From: a bacterium | GTDB taxonomy: Bacteria; Zhuqueibacterota; Zhuqueibacteria; Oceanimicrobiales; Oceanimicrobiaceae | Direction of reading: 5' to 3' | Length of the DNA stretch: 39,238 nucleotides | NCBI GenBank assembly: GCA_046757025.1 | Contig: JBHHXN010000029.1 | Location: 1-39,238, forward strand | Shown: positions 7,403 to 16,309 of the stretch, in pieces | Layout: each line of letters starts with the position of its first letter | Position numbering within the stretch: position 1 is the first letter of the stretch | Position numbers and translations under genes: made by a program | Notes under the pieces: model-generated | Databases searched by the model: none | The model's input: the letters and a program-made list of their open reading frames with translations, nothing else | What the model was told of the DNA's origin: nothing

Positions 7403-9499
7403 TTACTTCGCGGCCAATTCCACGAACTTATAGTCATCTCCAAAAGTTTTGCCCTTTTTGTCGAACAACTCACGAATATGATCATCCATGCTAAAGTAGA
7501 GAATCTGCCAGCCCGACCTGGCCAGCGCAGCGACTTTATCGATGAGCAATTTGCGCCGATTCCAGTCTGAATATTGAAAAGCATCATCCAGGATCAAAAA
7601 TAGGCTGTCCTGTTTCATCAGTTTCGTACTAAAGCCGATGCGCAAAGCCAGCAGGATTTGCTCTTGTGCACCGGTACTGAGCTCCGATAAAGGGAAATGG
7701 TCGTAAGCATCTGAGACCACCAGGTTCTCGCCATCCAGCTCCAGACTGTTGTATCGTTTCGTGACTTGCATCAGCGGCTCCTGCACCTCTGTTGATTTCA
7801 GGCCGGCTAAGATTTTCGCGTCTTCGGTTTTTCGCAGCTCCTCGATGACCTCGCGCACTGCAATTTTTCCGATTATTTCAGCGGATTTTTGTTTGTAAGA
7901 TGCCAAAATATTCTGACGCTTCTGTTGTAAATTGTTTAACAGATCTTCCCACGACGTAGAAATACTGTCCCCGGTCTCATGACAAATGGACTGCTTCAGA
8001 TTGACCAGTTTTTGATTTTCATCTTCGAGCTGTTTTTCGGTCAAACGCAGTTTCGATTCCAGCTCATCTAATTTTTGTTTGCTGTATGTGATGTCCGGTT
8101 TTTGGACTTCATAATCAGAGGGGTCCACCCCAAGCGAAGCCAGGTAAAGCTCCCGTTCCCGAAGCTGACTTTCAATCTTTTGTAATTTATCCTCCATCTC
8201 AGCCAGCACCGTGTTCCAGGTTTGGGGCTCTGCATGTTCGCCGGTTATTTCAAAAAGCTGCTCCGATATGATCACCTTGGCTTTGTATAAATTTTGAAGC
8301 TCTTCTGACAACTGCTCCTTTAGCAGGCGGCTGTTGTTAAAGTCCTTTTCCATCTTCAGCTCATACTCGAGAATCATGGGCAGGCCGGTCAATTCCTGCT
8401 GAAAACGCTGCTGAAATTCTCGTTTGATGTTGGCAATTTCCTGATTTTCGAGTCTCTGTTCGGCCCAATTCCGATAGCTGCGGACATACAAAAAACCAAA
8501 TAAAATGACCCCAACCAAAGCTGCAATCGCATAAAGCGGCAGATTTAAAAACGCCAGCGCACCCGCGCCGGCTATCAGCAGAACCGCCAGGATTAAAAAA
8601 AACATGTTCGGTTTTTTAATGTCTTCCTTCAGCACATTCGCATAAATTTCATGCGCGCTTTTTAACCACTCATAGTGCTGACTTTTGGCTTCAGCGGTTT
8701 GCTGCTCTTCTTTTTTTTGTTTATATTCAGCCACCTTTTGTTTGTACATTTTCAGGCCGGTTTTAATTTCTTGAATTTTCTCAGCGGCAATGCGGTTCTT
8801 CGTTTCCGTTAGCTGCTTGATTTCCGAGTGGACGCTTTGAGCCAAATAGTTTTTGGCTTGCGTTTGTTTTTGGATTTCGACCTGAATTCGCTCTCTTTTC
8901 GTTTCAAGAGTTTTGCGATTCCCGCCAGAAAAAGACTTGTCGATTTGATTGAATAGCTGGTTGAGTTTTTTTAACTGATCGGCCAATTCGCTGCGCGTGC
9001 TGATTTCACCTCTGCGCGGTCCCGTGATGACATTGTTGACAAACTGCGATTCCAGAATGGTCTTGGAAATATTGGCTTCGATTTTATCCAGAATCTCCCG
9101 GCTGGAAAGATAGCGTTTTAAAATCGTTTTATCGGCGCCACCGGCCACGTTGGCGATTTCCAATTCAGCCCCTTTCACTACCAGCAGTTTTGAAAAATCC
9201 GCAGGCAGTCCCACTTCCGATTCCGCCCAGAAATCTTCAAGCTTTTTAGTGGAGGAGGGGGTAAACTCGAACACGCCGTCATCGCTTAAACCCTGAACCA
9301 AAACCTTCCCTCTTCCCTTTTGACTTCGCAGCGGCCAGAGACGGGCATTGCGAAAAAGTGCCCGAATTAAAAACTCCACCAGGTAGGTTTTACCCTGCTC
9401 ATTTCGCCCAAAGATTAAATTAAACTGTGCGGGTTGAAAGTTGAATTGCTTCAGCGGTCCCAGATTTTTAACATTGATTTCTTTGATCTTCAATGACAT
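7403..9499 (-). CDS. YhaN-like SMC/Rad50-type ATPase with a central transmembrane hairpin
   Basis: Walker A GRNEQGKT, long coiled coils, signature LSTGAQEQ, Walker B ILDDAF, H-loop SMDDH, two hydrophobic helices mid-protein. Confidence 0.9.
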   Translation of the reverse strand: MSLKIKEINVKNLGPLKQFNFQPAQFNLIFGRNEQGKTYLVEFLIRALFRNARLWPLRSQKGRGKVLVQGLSDDGVFEFTPSSTKKLEDFWAESEVGLPADFSKLLVVKGAELEIANVAGGADKTILKRYLSSREILDKIEANISKTILESQFVNNVITGPRRGEISTRSELADQLKKLNQLFNQIDKSFSGGNRKTLETKRERIQVEIQKQTQAKNYLAQSVHSEIKQLTETKNRIAAEKIQEIKTGLKMYKQKVAEYKQKKEEQQTAEAKSQHYEWLKSAHEIYANVLKEDIKKPNMFFLILAVLLIAGAGALAFLNLPLYAIAALVGVILFGFLYVRSYRNWAEQRLENQEIANIKREFQQRFQQELTGLPMILEYELKMEKDFNNSRLLKEQLSEELQNLYKAKVIISEQLFEITGEHAEPQTWNTVLAEMEDKLQKIESQLRERELYLASLGVDPSDYEVQKPDITYSKQKLDELESKLRLTEKQLEDENQKLVNLKQSICHETGDSISTSWEDLLNNLQQKRQNILASYKQKSAEIIGKIAVREVIEELRKTEDAKILAGLKSTEVQEPLMQVTKRYNSLELDGENLVVSDAYDHFPLSELSTGAQEQILLALRIGFSTKLMKQDSLFLILDDAFQYSDWNRRKLLIDKVAALARSGWQILYFSMDDHIRELFDKKGKTFGDDYKFVELAAK

Positions 9500-9501
9500 G
9501 A

Positions 9502-10566
9502 TTAATTTCCATAAATTACGTGCAAAGCTTCCAGCAAAATTTGCTCACGGGTGGGTTGTTCCGGGTTGTGTTTCAAGTCCAGCTTCTCTATCCAATCAGA
9601 CACCTGATTTGCTATTTCCGCCCGGTTGAAGTCATCAGCCACCGCCACAGCGGTCAAATCCGGCTCATGATTATTGTGGAAATTCAACTCTTTGCACCCT
9701 TCTTTGATAGACTTCATTAAAGCCCGTTTATTGGTTGTGTAACCCTGAACTTCCAATCGCAATTGCACTTTTGACAATTCAGCTTTGTTCAGCCTCCAGC
9801 TCGTAATCATCCTTTCGATGAGATTCTTAACATAAGCATCTTCATCTCGCAGAGGCAAAACGGTCATCGATTCATTAAAATAAATCACCTCGTTTCCGAC
9901 GATTTTTTCGGTAATCGCGCCGTTATCCACGTCCATGATCAAAAACCGCCGGCGGCCGGTCTCGGTGATATCCAGGCCGCAGGGCGAACCGAGGTAATGC
10001 AGGCGAGGCTTGTCCAGGGGTTTGTGAATATGCCCCAAAACCACTGTCGCAGGTTTGTAGTTTTCGATATCGGTTCGCGTCAGCGGCATGTAAACCCCCG
10101 GTTCCGCAGGATTGGGTTCCGCCAGGGACTCCGCCCAATCGCCATGCCCGATCAAAACCCAGTCGTTGGCTGGCAATTCATGTACGTTGGCCGCGATGAA
10201 TTCGCCCATGGTTTTGTCGGCTTGATACGGTAACAATAAAAATTTCAAGCCCGGAGAGTGAAATGTTTTTATAGCAGGTTCGGTTACGATATCCACGTTT
10301 GCCGCCACCAGGTCCTCGTTGCGCAGGCGCAGGTCGTGATTGCCCGGAATGATCAGAAACCGCACACCCTTGTACTCAGGCTTTTGACAAAAAGTATCAA
10401 ATTCCGCATAATTTTGTCTGGAAGCGTCAAAAAGATCGCCCGCGATCACGAGGATTTTGACCTGATTTTCAATGACTTGTTTTAATATATTTTCCAGAGC
10501 GTGGAACCGCTCAGGGTGCTCTTCGAAAGTCGTCAAATGCACATCGGCGGTGATAGCGATTTTCAA
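9502..10566 (-). CDS. YhaO/SbcD/Mre11-like metallophosphoesterase nuclease
   Basis: ADVH, GDLFD, GNHD, IGHG and GHIH motifs; TTG start with GGGGAG SD; 2 nt from the ATPase gene. Confidence 0.92.
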   Translation of the reverse strand: MKIAITADVHLTTFEEHPERFHALENILKQVIENQVKILVIAGDLFDASRQNYAEFDTFCQKPEYKGVRFLIIPGNHDLRLRNEDLVAANVDIVTEPAIKTFHSPGLKFLLLPYQADKTMGEFIAANVHELPANDWVLIGHGDWAESLAEPNPAEPGVYMPLTRTDIENYKPATVVLGHIHKPLDKPRLHYLGSPCGLDITETGRRRFLIMDVDNGAITEKIVGNEVIYFNESMTVLPLRDEDAYVKNLIERMITSWRLNKAELSKVQLRLEVQGYTTNKRALMKSIKEGCKELNFHNNHEPDLTAVAVADDFNRAEIANQVSDWIEKLDLKHNPEQPTREQILLEALHVIYGN

Positions 10567-11354
10567 TCTTCACTCCCCTATTGATAGTTCAAGGATTATC
10601 CAGCGCAAGTCTGAATTGTTAGGCAACCACAAATAAAAAATGTCACTAAACCAAATTTGAGTGATTTAGCGTTAAATGTTCCTGTCAACGGGTTCACGTC
10701 TTGAAAATCAAGGATATTCACGCTGCAGCGTGTTTTTCCCCTCATGTCAGCACACGGTCTCCCCTCGGTCGGGAATCGCTCAAATTAAGTAAAAATAAAT
10801 GAATCAGGTGAAAAAATCAAGTGCGATTTTCTCGTCGCCGGCAAGAAGTTGCTCACAAAGGATTATCTCTATGGTTCAGGATGCCCATCAAACTGGATAA
10901 CGCTTTGGCAAGAAATCCCGGTTTTTCTTCCGATATTACAATAATCATTATCGGCAGGCTAAGCAATTTTCCAATCTGAGACACCCATCAAATAGCCGAT
11001 TCCAACACCAATTCGGAACCGCAATGATTTCACCCTTTTGAGACAGTCCCAATGAAAGGTATCCATCTGAGAATGAGGATTTACCCTGAGTTTGATTTTA
11101 TTCTTGATTTTTCGTAAGTTAATTACTATTATGTTTATCATTGCAAATTTAACATAATTCTCAAACAAAAGTTTTGCGGATTATTTTATTGTTTCGGGCA
11201 TTAACACGCCGCTTGCATCGTCGCTTTCAGATCATCATTCGTAAACCCGGCTGAGTTGACCCGTATTTCGTTTATAAACGTTTCTGAATTCGCTTAAAAT
11301 CAGCTCAAATTGAATTTACCTCCCTAATTACCTTTTAATCAGGAGAGGCCCCCC

Positions 11355-11744
11355 ATGCCAATAGAAAAACAACTTTCTATTTTTGTGCAGAACAAAACCG
11401 GCATTTTAGCGGATCTTTGCAAAAACTTCTCGGCCGCCAACATCAACATCAAATCGTTTTCCATTGTGGACGATTTGGATTGGGGGATTTTACGGATTAT
11501 CGTGGACGACACCGATGCCAGTAAAAAAATCCTGAATGCCCGCGGTCTGACATACGGCGAAAGCCATGTGCTCTCCGTGGAGACGCGCAACCATCCGGGC
11601 GCACTGGCAGCATTGGCTGAAAAACTGGCCGAGAACGAAATCAACATAGAACAGGCGTTTGCCACTGCGGCCGGGAACAAAAGTTTAATCGTCATGTCCA
11701 CCACCGATGATCAAAAAGCCAACATTGTTCTTAGCCATGACTAA
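11355..11744 (+). CDS. Tandem ACT-domain protein
   Basis: QLSIFVQNKTGILADL...NINI and NHPGALAALAEKLAENEINI; AGGAGAGG SD. Confidence 0.9.
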   Translation: MPIEKQLSIFVQNKTGILADLCKNFSAANINIKSFSIVDDLDWGILRIIVDDTDASKKILNARGLTYGESHVLSVETRNHPGALAALAEKLAENEINIEQAFATAAGNKSLIVMSTTDDQKANIVLSHD

Positions 11745-11951
11745 AAATGGATTGAACAGCTCCACTGCTCTCCCTGGCGCCATCCAAGGCTTGACGAGGC
11801 TTTCCTGCTGTTACAACTGAATGACTCACGCATCCAAATAATGTACTGACTTCACAATGGTTTGCCATGTTATTTATCGATCGACGTTTATGGGACTCCG
11901 ATATCAATTTTATGATATGGCGACAATAATCTGTTCTTTCGGAGTTGTAAA

Positions 11952-12104
11952 ATGTCGCAAACGCTAAATTCAAAATTAATCCAGGAAATACAAAAACGAC
12001 TACAAAAGGGTGAGAACTTGTGGCGCATCCTGGATCAGTACAACCTCTCAGTGGATGACAAAATAGAGTTGCTGAGATTGTTCGACGACCAGAAATGGGA
12101 CTAA
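11952..12104 (+). CDS. Small 50-aa hypothetical helical protein (absent from the ORF track)
   Basis: GGAG SD 7 nt before ATG; MSQTLNSKLIQEIQKRLQKGENLWRILDQYNLSVDDKIELLRLFDDQKWD with amphipathic-helix pattern. Confidence 0.55.
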   Translation: MSQTLNSKLIQEIQKRLQKGENLWRILDQYNLSVDDKIELLRLFDDQKWD

Positions 12105-12368
12105 ATACAACGCTTGGTTTTTTGACGATCTCGGCTCTGGCAGGACCTGCTAATTCAGCCTCCCGCCGCTGCTTATGGCATAAAGCCGGGATTCAACAAT
12201 TTGGTAAATTCAAAATCCGAAATCCGCCATCTCCAGCCTGCTTTCGGAGTGTTGCGGATTTTTCTTTCTCTTTAGGCGTCGGCCTTCTTTTCGCAGCCGC
12301 GTCTGTGAAAAGACATAGCACCGCTTGGGTGATTTTCGGTGTTCAAGTGAATTAAACACCACATATTG

Positions 12369-14432
12369 TCAAAATGTTTTGTAATCGTTTTTGAGCAGGA
12401 CTTTTAGATTTGTACTATCGACCGGTCGGCTTATGTGAAAACCCTGAATTTCATCGCACTGCAGTGATCGCAAATAGGCGATCTGCTCTTCGTTTTCCAC
12501 GCCCTCTGCGAGCACCTTCAAATTGAGTCTGTGAGCCATAGCGATGATGGCTGAAACAATGGCCCAATCATCGTGCAGCTCATGCAAGCCATTTATAAAC
12601 GAACGATCAATTTTTAAAATATCAAACGGAAATCGTTTTAGATAATTTAATGAGGCGTAACCCGTACCAAAATCATCGATGGCAATTTGAATGCCCATTT
12701 CTTTCAATAGATTGAGAGTGGTGATGGTGTAATCCACATTCTGCATGGCGTTGCTTTCGGTGATTTCCAGCGCCAAATATTGTGCATCCAATTTTGACTC
12801 TTTTAAAATATCCTGTACGGTTTCTTTTAATTTCATAACTCGAAACTGTCTGGGTGACAGGTTCACCGAGACTCGCACCGGTTTGCAACCCGCCTTTTGC
12901 CAGGCTTTGTTTTGGTGACAGGCTGTGCGCAAAACCCACTCACCGATGGGCACGATAAGCCCGGATTCTTCCGCCAGGGAAATAAACCGATAAGGCGGCA
13001 AAAGTCCCAGATGCGGATGCAGCCAACGCACGAGAGCTTCAACCCCGACAATTCTTCCGCTGATCAAATCCACCTGCGGCTGATAATGCAGCACGAGTTG
13101 GTTTTGCTCGATGGCAATGCGCAGGTTGTTCTCAAGTTCCAGGCGTTCATAAGCCTGAGTATCCATGCAAACATTGTAAAACTGATAAAGATTGTTGCCT
13201 TCGCGTTTAGCGCGATACATGGCGATATCAGAATTTCTCACCAGGGTATCGATGTCTTTGCCGTCCGTTGGATACAGACTGATTCCGATACTGGCGGTCA
13301 CATTCAACTCATTGCCCTCCACATGAAATGGTTTTTCCAACTCTTTGATTATTTTTTGGGATACTTTTGCTGCGTCTTGCATCTGAGTAATCTGGTCTAA
13401 CACGATGGTGAACTCATCGCCGCCCAGTCGAGCCACCGAATCGCTTTCCCGAATGCAGAACTGCAGGCGGCTCGCCACCGACTTGAGCAGTTGATCGCCC
13501 ACATTATGCCCGAGAGAATCATTGATGTTCTTAAACCTATCCAAATCCAGAAACAACACCGCTACTTTGTGCTCATAGCGATTGGCACGCATGATAGCCT
13601 GATTGAGACGGTCGTAAAATAAATGCCGGTTTGGCAAACGAGTCAGTGCGTCATGGTAAGCTAAATAACGTTCTAATTTTCGCGATTTATCCAGCTCGGC
13701 CTGCATCTGCTTGCGTACGGTGATGTCGCGTAATGCAGCCAGATATGCCGGCTCGCCTTTCCATTCAATTTCAACCACCCGAATATCCGCCATAGCGGTT
13801 TCACCATTCCCACGGATGATCTCCAGCTCTACGGTTTCCCCCTCGAAAACAGGATAGCCAAACACTTCGCCAATCATCGACTCAGCCTTGCGGTTAAAAA
13901 GCTGTTCTGCCGCCGGATTCATAAATCGAATCTTGCCATATTTGTTTAAAATGATCACGCCGTCGGCATTTTTCTCGATCACGTTGCGGAAACGGTTTTC
14001 ACTCTCGCTCAATTGTTGTACTTTCGTTTGCAGCTCTTTCACTAATTTGTTTTGTGCCACCGAATGCAGCAGAAAACTCGACAACAATTTGTGATTCATC
14101 TGCCCTTTCACAAAATAATCCTGGGCGCCTTCCTGAACGACGGCTCGGGCAAAATCCTGGTCCTCCGCGCTGACCAAAACGATGATAGGAAGGCGGGCCG
14201 CTTGTTTCTGCAATTTTCTGAAGCTCACAATGCCCTCCACATCGCTCACAGACAAATCCAACAATATCAATTCGATATCGTTATCTTGTAATCGCTGTAA
14301 AGCGTCGCTCAAACGCTCGCTGTGAAGGAGTTCAAACCGGGACGGCTGGCCATCCAGCAAAATCTTCTGAACTGTTTTCACAGCTCGCCGATCATCTGCT
14401 ATGAGTAATATTTTAATCAAGTGATCGCTCAT
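12369..14432 (-). CDS. REC-PAS-GGDEF-EAL diguanylate cyclase/phosphodiesterase
   Basis: REC (ILLDL...AQDYFVKG), PAS (NPAAEQLF...RDIT), HDALTRLPNR, I-site RESD plus GGDEF, EALVRW, DDFGTGY. Confidence 0.96.
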   Translation of the reverse strand: MSDHLIKILLIADDRRAVKTVQKILLDGQPSRFELLHSERLSDALQRLQDNDIELILLDLSVSDVEGIVSFRKLQKQAARLPIIVLVSAEDQDFARAVVQEGAQDYFVKGQMNHKLLSSFLLHSVAQNKLVKELQTKVQQLSESENRFRNVIEKNADGVIILNKYGKIRFMNPAAEQLFNRKAESMIGEVFGYPVFEGETVELEIIRGNGETAMADIRVVEIEWKGEPAYLAALRDITVRKQMQAELDKSRKLERYLAYHDALTRLPNRHLFYDRLNQAIMRANRYEHKVAVLFLDLDRFKNINDSLGHNVGDQLLKSVASRLQFCIRESDSVARLGGDEFTIVLDQITQMQDAAKVSQKIIKELEKPFHVEGNELNVTASIGISLYPTDGKDIDTLVRNSDIAMYRAKREGNNLYQFYNVCMDTQAYERLELENNLRIAIEQNQLVLHYQPQVDLISGRIVGVEALVRWLHPHLGLLPPYRFISLAEESGLIVPIGEWVLRTACHQNKAWQKAGCKPVRVSVNLSPRQFRVMKLKETVQDILKESKLDAQYLALEITESNAMQNVDYTITTLNLLKEMGIQIAIDDFGTGYASLNYLKRFPFDILKIDRSFINGLHELHDDWAIVSAIIAMAHRLNLKVLAEGVENEEQIAYLRSLQCDEIQGFHISRPVDSTNLKVLLKNDYKTF

Positions 14433-14460
14433 TTAAAAAGGAAAATCAGTCAACAAATCC

Positions 14461-14841
14461 TTACAGGACCGTTGCCCCTTCCAGCGCACCCAGGGCCACA
14501 GATGCGAGCTGACTGTTTGGGATGGAATTCCGGAGGATTTCAAAATGCAAACCTTCCTCAGCAAGATGCTTGATATTCATCCAGGATTCTTTTTGAAAAG
14601 ATGTGATTAAATACAATGGCACATCCGGCTGCGATTCGTGCAATTGTTTCAACGAATCCACTTCGATATTTACAGAACCACTGAGATTGACAAAAATCAA
14701 ATCAAAAGGGGATTGCTGATTCATTTTTATGGCTGCGTCGCTGGAGCCGGCAATTGCCACAGTGTATGGCGTGTTTTTTACCACCGAATGGTAAAACTGA
14801 TCATCTGATTCATCATCGATTACCAATATTTTCTTATTCAT
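14461..14841 (-). CDS. Stand-alone receiver-fold protein, probable pseudo-receiver
   Basis: KILVIDD and FDLIFVNL (Asn at the phosphoacceptor Asp position); ILRNSI in place of the conserved KP motif. Confidence 0.8.
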   Translation of the reverse strand: MNKKILVIDDESDDQFYHSVVKNTPYTVAIAGSSDAAIKMNQQSPFDLIFVNLSGSVNIEVDSLKQLHESQPDVPLYLITSFQKESWMNIKHLAEEGLHFEILRNSIPNSQLASVALGALEGATVL

Positions 14842-14862
14842 ACTGCCAACCTTGGTTTTACC

Positions 14863-15120
14863 TTAATCCAATAGTTTTATTATTTTATCACGATCCTTGA
14901 AAGTACCGATTATTTTTCGAACCGGCTCAGGTTTCATTTTTAGCAATGTTGGGGTTGCAAAAATTTTATCCCTTATGGCGATTTGCGGTGATTGCAACAA
15001 ATCGATTATTTCAAGATCGTATTTTTTTTGGTACTTTTCGGCCAGGATGTTTTCGATTTGATCAATGGCCATTCTCGATTTTGGATTATTCCCCAATATA
15101 TAAAGCCTGTATTTCGGCAT
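14863..15120 (-). CDS. kaiB: KaiB-family protein
   Basis: RLYILGNNPKS, YDLEIIDL...PQIA..DKIFATPTL.K..PEPVRKIIG align with KaiB. Confidence 0.92.
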   Translation of the reverse strand: MPKYRLYILGNNPKSRMAIDQIENILAEKYQKKYDLEIIDLLQSPQIAIRDKIFATPTLLKMKPEPVRKIIGTFKDRDKIIKLLD

Positions 15121-15463
15121 GTTTTTCCTTTTATTTTTTCAAACCCAATCAACTTCAAGCCGGTAAACTTGAGCCACACATCTTTTTTCGATACCAGTTA
15201 CTTTAAAATACATCGACACATTTTTGTATGATGTTTATTCCTTTTTTAAGCGAAATAACGCTTTTCATCGAAATCGAATTTAGAAGAAGGGCCTTCGGTG
15301 GATACGGCTATCGATTTGTCACGATTTTCAGAACGATACATCGGAAAAGCTGCCATGCCGGAACATCGACCACGGTGCCTTGATACAGTGGGAAAGAAAG
15401 GGGAGAATTCCCTGATAAAAATTCAATATTTTAATAATGGCGCGAACACCATTTACACGGCTG

Positions 15464-15751
15464 TCAAAAAGCGGCGTCGATCCGCTTCGCCAGCCCGAAA
15501 TCAAAAGTACTGAGCCCCCCTAAATCGTGAGTGGTGAGATCAATGGTGACCACATTGTACACGTTCGACCATTCCGGGTGATGATTCATGGCCTCTGCCA
15601 GCAGCGCCACCCGGGTCATAAAACCGAACGCTTCCACAAACGATTCAAATTGAAATCGTTTGTGCAATTTGTTGTTTTCAACAGTCCAGCCCCCCAATTT
15701 TGAAATATTTTCAGCGATTTCTTTTGGGTTCAATTTTCTTCTCTCACTCAT
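15464..15751 (-). CDS. phhB: Pterin-4-alpha-carbinolamine dehydratase
   Basis: F..F.EAFGFMTRVALLAE.MNHHPEWSNVYN.V.I.LTTHD.GGLS..D..LA signature. Confidence 0.95.
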   Translation of the reverse strand: MSERRKLNPKEIAENISKLGGWTVENNKLHKRFQFESFVEAFGFMTRVALLAEAMNHHPEWSNVYNVVTIDLTTHDLGGLSTFDFGLAKRIDAAF

Positions 15752-15775
15752 TAAATGACCCCTGGTTTGTGTATA

Positions 15776-15811
15776 ATAAAAAAGGCTACTGGAAGCATCC
15801 CGTTAGCCTTT
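15776..15811 (-). terminator. Intrinsic terminator downstream of tRNA-Met
   Basis: Minus strand AAAGGCTA...TAGCCTTT stem followed by a T tract. Confidence 0.65.
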
Positions 15812-15832
15812 GAAAATGGATTTAGATAAAGG

Positions 15833-15906
15833 TAGCGGTGCAGGGACTCGAACCCCGGACACGTGGATTATGATTCCACTGCTCTAGCCGACTGAGCTAC
15901 ACCGCC
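15833..15906 (-). tRNA. tRNA-Met(CAT), probably elongator
   Basis: GGCGGTGTAGCTCAGTCGGCTAGAGCA-GTGGA-ATCATAA-TCCAC-GTGTCCGGGGTTCGAGTCCCTGCACCGCTA cloverleaf; G1-U72 pair; followed by CCT rather than CCA. Confidence 0.95.
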
Positions 15907-15924
15907 TTTTATTTGAACTAATCT

Positions 15925-15952
15925 AATTTAGAAGATTTCTCAAAAAAGTCAA
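15925..15952 (-). promoter_or_regulatory. Possible sigma70 promoter of tRNA-Met
   Basis: Minus strand TTGACT-N16-TAAATT. Confidence 0.4.
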
Positions 15953-16194
15953 GTCAAATTAAACGATATATTAAGGCAACACAGGCTCCGGTAGATCACC
16001 TTTCATTCCTGGTTTATTTTTGCAATAACTAACTGGTGAAATTGTAGAAGCATTTCTTTGTACGCAGGGCTGGAATGAATTTATTTTAAAATGACTTTTC
16101 AAATTCCGCTTCTGGCCACAGTGAGTTGGCATGGGCCGAGGCTAAAGAACTTTTTCTACCAAACCAAATATTTTACACTTTTTTAAAAAAGAGC

Positions 16195-16223
16195 TTGACA
16201 AACGCTATTTTTTTTACTATACT
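16195..16223 (+). promoter_or_regulatory. Near-consensus sigma70 promoter of the LacI-led locus
   Basis: TTGACA (16195-16200), 17-nt spacer, TATACT (16218-16223). Confidence 0.8.
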
Positions 16224-16234
16224 TTCGTTATCTT

Positions 16235-16248
16235 TGGAAGCACTTCCA
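16235..16248. promoter_or_regulatory. LacI-family operator
   Basis: TGGAAG-CA-CTTCCA, one base from the LacI-type palindrome TGGAAGCGCTTCCA, just downstream of the predicted +1. Confidence 0.7.
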
Positions 16249-16309
16249 GCGATTTTTTCCTTTCTGTACAGCACGCATTCATTCGTAATCAAACAACAAG
16301 TTCAGTGAC

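Noticed and set aside
10567..11354. Long divergent intergenic region with ORF 10959-11168
   Set aside because: No convincing RBS, family motif or RNA structure; left unassigned
14863..15460. Complete circadian clock or kaiC remnant upstream of kaiB
   Set aside because: Only ~340 bp separate kaiB from phhB and no RecA-like ATPase fragment was recognisable
15833..15906. tRNA as an integration site, or as initiator/Ile2 tRNA
   Set aside because: No integrase or duplicated tRNA 3' end seen; lacks the initiator C1-A72 mismatch and GGG/CCC anticodon stem; Ile2 not strictly excluded but elongator Met fits better
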